From: Gemmatimonadota bacterium | GTDB lineage: Bacteria > Gemmatimonadota > Gemmatimonadetes > Longimicrobiales > Gaopeijiaceae | DNA length: 29,766 nucleotides | Assembly (NCBI GenBank): GCA_039589315.1 | Contig: JBDHHQ010000111.1 | Location: 1-29,766 of the forward strand | Reading direction: 5' to 3' | Shown here: one piece after another, positions 26,700 to 29,766 of the stretch | How the letters are laid out: every line of letters starts with the position of its first letter | How positions within the stretch are numbered: position 1 is the stretch's first letter | Translations under genes and position numbers: made by a program | The notes under the pieces: model-generated | Seen by the model: the letters and a program-made list of their open reading frames with translations, nothing else | Told to the model about the DNA's origin: nothing | Databases searched by the model: none

Positions 26700-27233
26700 T
26701 CAGGCGACGAAGTCGGGCCAGCTCCGGTCCTTCTCGGAGAGGATCACGCCCTCGGTGATCGGCCAGTGGATGCCGAAAGCCGAGTCGTCCCAGCGGGCGC
26801 CGCGTTCCGACTCCGGCGCGTAGGGCGTAGAGGTCTGATAGAGGACGTCCGTCTCGTCCTCCAGGATCTGGTAGCCGTGGGCGAAGCCTTCGGGGATGTA
26901 CAGCATGGTGCGGTTGCTGGCGCTCAGCTCGGTACCGAACCACTGCCCCAGCGTCGGAGAGCCGGGCCGGACGTCCACCGCCACGTCGAAGATGCTCCCC
27001 CGGGTGCAACGCACCAGCTTCGCCTCCTCGAAGGGGCTCTCCTGCCAGTGGACGCCCCGCAGCGTGCCGCGCTTCTCGTTGTACGAGAAGTTGATCTGCG
27101 TCACGCGGGGGTTCAGACCGGCGTCCCGGAACTCCTTCTCGCACCACGCCCGGGCGAAGAAGCCGCGCTCGTCTGCGAGGGGTTGGAGCTCCACGAGGGT
27201 GACGTCCCCGAGAGGGGTTTTGGTGAAGATCAT
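26700..27233 (-). CDS. rfbC: dTDP-4-dehydrorhamnose 3,5-epimerase family (RmlC/RfbC cupin)
   Basis: DERGFFAR, TLRGVHWQ, AKLVRC.RG.IFDVAVDVR, IPEGFAHGYQ and ILSEKD. Confidence 0.9.
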   Translation of the reverse strand: MIFTKTPLGDVTLVELQPLADERGFFARAWCEKEFRDAGLNPRVTQINFSYNEKRGTLRGVHWQESPFEEAKLVRCTRGSIFDVAVDVRPGSPTLGQWFGTELSASNRTMLYIPEGFAHGYQILEDETDVLYQTSTPYAPESERGARWDDSAFGIHWPITEGVILSEKDRSWPDFVA

Positions 27234-27257
27234 GACGCTCGTTTCCGGGTCCGGCTC

Positions 27258-28079
27258 CTAACGCGGACTCCGCTCCTCTCTGAACCGCCGGATCCGCTCC
27301 CGCTGCTCGCCCGCGATCTCGACGAGACGCCGGAGCTCGGCGATCGGCTGTTCGCTGTCATCCACCTGGAGCCGCAGCACGACGTCGTTGTTGAGCCAGA
27401 CGCCGCCGTCCTCCTTCACGATGAGCATGGCGGCCGACTGCATGCCCCGGGTGTCACCGCCCGCCGCTTGCCCGGCCTCCAGCGCCGCCAGGAGCCGGGT
27501 CGACAGGTGTCCCTCGGTCTCCTGGAAAGCTCGCACCATGTGGTCCACGACCTCGGGCCCTGCCAGGATGTTGCCCTGGGCGGACACGTGCTCGTCGATG
27601 CGATGGCCCGCCCAGTCGCTGGCTTCGGGCCCGGTGTACGTGGTCACGTTGCCCTGGGTGTCCATCACCGAGAACTGGCGGCCGTGCTTGGTCCAGCGCT
27701 CGGGATCGGGGTCGGGATCCGCCGCCCACACGCTGTCGACCACCTGCTCGGGCGTGAGCCCCGCCCTGAGCAGCTCCAGCGCCTGAGGTCCGTAGCTCAC
27801 GTCCACGATGGCCTGGGTCGCCACCACCCCGACGTTGGCCTCGGCCCAGAGCACGCCGTTCCCCACCGAAAACACCCTGGACTGGACCGCGCCCCCCACC
27901 TCTCCCGTCTCGGGGTCGAAGCCCACGATCGAGAACGTGGCCACGGGTGGGCCGTGGTGGGTCCAGCCGGCCGCGTCCTGCGTGGCGGTGGCGGACGCCT
28001 GGCTCCAGACCGCGACTGGATGCGTAAGAGCGAGGAGCGCTGCGGCGGCGAAAGCGGGGGCAAGGCTCGATGGGCGCAT
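27258..28079 (-). CDS. DUF1028 domain protein (Ntn-hydrolase-like), secreted
   Basis: N-terminal signal peptide followed by ATFSIVGFD, GVVATQA, SAQGNILAG, LEAGQAAGGD.RG.QSAA and LQVDD...PIAEL.RL. Confidence 0.85.
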   Translation of the reverse strand: MRPSSLAPAFAAAALLALTHPVAVWSQASATATQDAAGWTHHGPPVATFSIVGFDPETGEVGGAVQSRVFSVGNGVLWAEANVGVVATQAIVDVSYGPQALELLRAGLTPEQVVDSVWAADPDPDPERWTKHGRQFSVMDTQGNVTTYTGPEASDWAGHRIDEHVSAQGNILAGPEVVDHMVRAFQETEGHLSTRLLAALEAGQAAGGDTRGMQSAAMLIVKEDGGVWLNNDVVLRLQVDDSEQPIAELRRLVEIAGEQRERIRRFREERSPR

Positions 28080-28207
28080 GAGAGTCCGTGTCGGCTCGAA
28101 GGGCGCGCTCGTGGGCGGACGGAGGCCCGCGTCGACCCAACACCTTTGGGCGGCTCACCTGATCGGGGCAAGGCTTCGGCAGGATGGCGGACCCGTCCGA
28201 AGTCGTC

Positions 28208-28219
28208 TAGAGTGATGCC
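28208..28219 (+). promoter_or_regulatory. Putative -10 element for a leaderless M23 peptidase transcript
   Basis: TAGAGT-N6-ATG(28220) with no SD. The -35 is weak. Confidence 0.4.
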
Positions 28220-29173
28220 ATGACGAGATCGCGAGTCAGGGGTCGGTCGGTCGCCGTGATTCTGCTCATGGCTCTGGTGGAGGCGCCAGGGTCGGGGGTC
28301 TTGGCTCAAGAGGCCGGTCAACAAGCCCCTCGGGACCTGCCCACGGACGCGCCGGCCGTGATCGCCACGCCCGGCGCGGGCGAGATCACCTGGTCGCCCG
28401 ATCGTCCCGTCCAGGGCCAGCTCTTCGTCGTCCGCGTCACGCCTCAGGTCGGCGTCCTCGAGATCGGCGGCGAGGTGGCCGGCGAGGCTCTCCACTTCGG
28501 CCTGGGCCCGGCCGGCCTGTTCGAGAGCCTGGCGGCGGTGCCTATCGACACGGAGGGCAGCCTCGAGGTGACTGTGACCGTGACGTACGAGGCCGGACGG
28601 GTGGAGTCGCTGGCCTCGAGCGTCCCGGTGGTCGCCGGCGACTACGAGCACGAGCGCCTGACGGTGGCCCCCGAGTACGGCTCGCCACCCGACTCGGCGG
28701 CCCAGGCACGTCTGGAACGGGACCGGGCCAAGGCCCGGGAGGTATCGCGCCAGGCCCACCAGACGCGCCGGCTCTGGACGCCCGAGCAGGTGATCCCCCG
28801 CGACGACCGGGTCACCAGCGGGTTCGGGAACGGCCGGGAGTTCAACGGGCAGATCTCGAGCCGGCACATGGGCCTGGACCTGGACGGCGAGCCGGGGGAC
28901 ACCGTGGTGGCCGTGACCCGCGGCGTCGTGGCGCTCGTGGACGAGTTCCTCCTGGCGGGCAACATCGTCTACCTGAACCACGGCGGCGGCCTCCTCAGCG
29001 GCTATTTCCACCTGAGCGAGCAGCTCGTGGCGGCCGGTGACACGGTGGAGGCGGGCACGCCCATCGGCCGGGTGGGGGCCACGGGGCGCGTGACCGGTCC
29101 GCACCTTCACTGGGTCGTTCGCTACGGCAGGACCAGCGTCGATCCCCGGAGCCTGCTGGAGGTGGGGCGGTAG
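28220..29173 (+). CDS. M23 family metallopeptidase, exported
   Basis: Signal peptide, TSGFGNGR.FNG, HMGLD (HxxxD), YFHLS and GATGRVTGPHLHW (HxH). Confidence 0.9.
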   Translation: MTRSRVRGRSVAVILLMALVEAPGSGVLAQEAGQQAPRDLPTDAPAVIATPGAGEITWSPDRPVQGQLFVVRVTPQVGVLEIGGEVAGEALHFGLGPAGLFESLAAVPIDTEGSLEVTVTVTYEAGRVESLASSVPVVAGDYEHERLTVAPEYGSPPDSAAQARLERDRAKAREVSRQAHQTRRLWTPEQVIPRDDRVTSGFGNGREFNGQISSRHMGLDLDGEPGDTVVAVTRGVVALVDEFLLAGNIVYLNHGGGLLSGYFHLSEQLVAAGDTVEAGTPIGRVGATGRVTGPHLHWVVRYGRTSVDPRSLLEVGR

Positions 29174-29243
29174 GACGGGGGGCGTCGTGACGGGCGGCGC
29201 CCGACGGGACGTAGGGAATCGCAACCTCGCGGGCGGACGTAGC

Positions 29244-29714
29244 GTGACCAAAGAGCCCACCACCATTCCACCACCGCTCGTGCGCTTCGTCGAGTTGTTC
29301 AACGACGGCCGGCACTGGGAGAGTCACGAGGTCCTGGAGGACCTTTGGCGCCAGCGGGACAGCGACTTCCTGCAGGGGCTCATCCTCTACGCGAGCGCCT
29401 TCGTCCACGTGCGACGGGGCAACCGCCACGGGATTCAGGCCCAGCTCTCGAAGGCCGAGAAGAAGCTGGCTCCGTACGGTCCCCGCTACCTGGGCGTCCA
29501 CGTGGAAGACGTGCTGGCGAACATCCGGCGGTGTCAGGGAACCCTGCTGACCCATCCCATTGCCCAGCCTGAAGACTGGCCGGGTCTCATCCCGTACCCC
29601 CTTCTGAAGATCGACGCACGGTGGGTGAGGGGAGACGAGCCGGAGCTGAGCGGGGTGCCGGCGAGTGGTCGAGGGGACGAACCCGACTCGGTGGAAGCGA
29701 GCAGGCTGGACTAA
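29244..29714 (+). CDS. DUF309 domain protein
   Basis: LFNDGRHWESHEVLEDLW and FLQGLI..A.A.VH..RGN..G. Start uncertain (GTG 29244 or GTG 29187). Confidence 0.8.
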   Translation: MTKEPTTIPPPLVRFVELFNDGRHWESHEVLEDLWRQRDSDFLQGLILYASAFVHVRRGNRHGIQAQLSKAEKKLAPYGPRYLGVHVEDVLANIRRCQGTLLTHPIAQPEDWPGLIPYPLLKIDARWVRGDEPELSGVPASGRGDEPDSVEASRLD

Positions 29715-29736
29715 CGACCCGCAGACGGAGCGGTCC

Positions 29737-29766
29737 ATGAAGCTCACTCGAGGATCGATGAGGTCC
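29737..29766 (+). CDS. Possible start of a gene running off the window (MKLTRGSMRS...)
   Basis: GGAG lies 6 nt before ATG 29737 and the frame is open to the window end. Only 10 codons are visible. Confidence 0.3.
   Translation, partial: MKLTRGSMRS

Noticed and set aside
164..29747. Many long overlapping ORFs in the track (for example 164-1105 -, 10240-12060 +, 10394-12082 -, 22844-25333 +, 24982-26823 +, 27797-29302 -)
   Set aside because: They are antisense or alternate-frame shadows of well-supported genes, rich in Arg/Pro/Gly/His and without family motifs, as expected in high-GC DNA.

Overview
High-GC (about 70% by eye), gene-dense bacterial window. The PadR plus ADOP-type permease pair and the general gene content suggest Gemmatimonadota or Acidobacteriota, but this is inference. 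From left to right it holds: (1) the end of a hydrolase gene and a two-subunit family I CoA-transferase; (2) a Tat-exported Gfo/Idh/MocA oxidoreductase; (3) namZ with a SAM methyltransferase; (4) a PadR regulator with a frameshifted ADOP/MacB-like permease; (5) an apparent catabolic island of about 10 kb in two convergent operons (2-hydroxyacid dehydrogenase, DUF819 membrane protein, SDR, a degenerate and an intact class I aminotransferase, dihydropyrimidinase >< M14 deacylase, Ldh_2 oxidoreductase, tandem-domain VOC protein); (6) a nucleotide-sugar/surface-glycan cluster (rfbC-like, SAF-domain oxidoreductase, GSA-aminomutase-like aminotransferase, nucleotidyltransferase, UXS-like epimerase, ugd, GT2); (7) DUF1028, an M23 peptidase and DUF309. 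The best candidate for an undescribed system is the translationally coupled aminotransferase pair. Its two genes have lost complementary active-site residues, which suggests an obligate pseudoenzyme/enzyme heterodimer in an uncharacterised cyclic-amide catabolic pathway. Three clear lesions and one suspected lesion (a 41-bp duplication and deletions) may be assembly artefacts. No tRNA, rRNA, CRISPR array or mobile element was seen. All family assignments come from motif recognition, not database searches.
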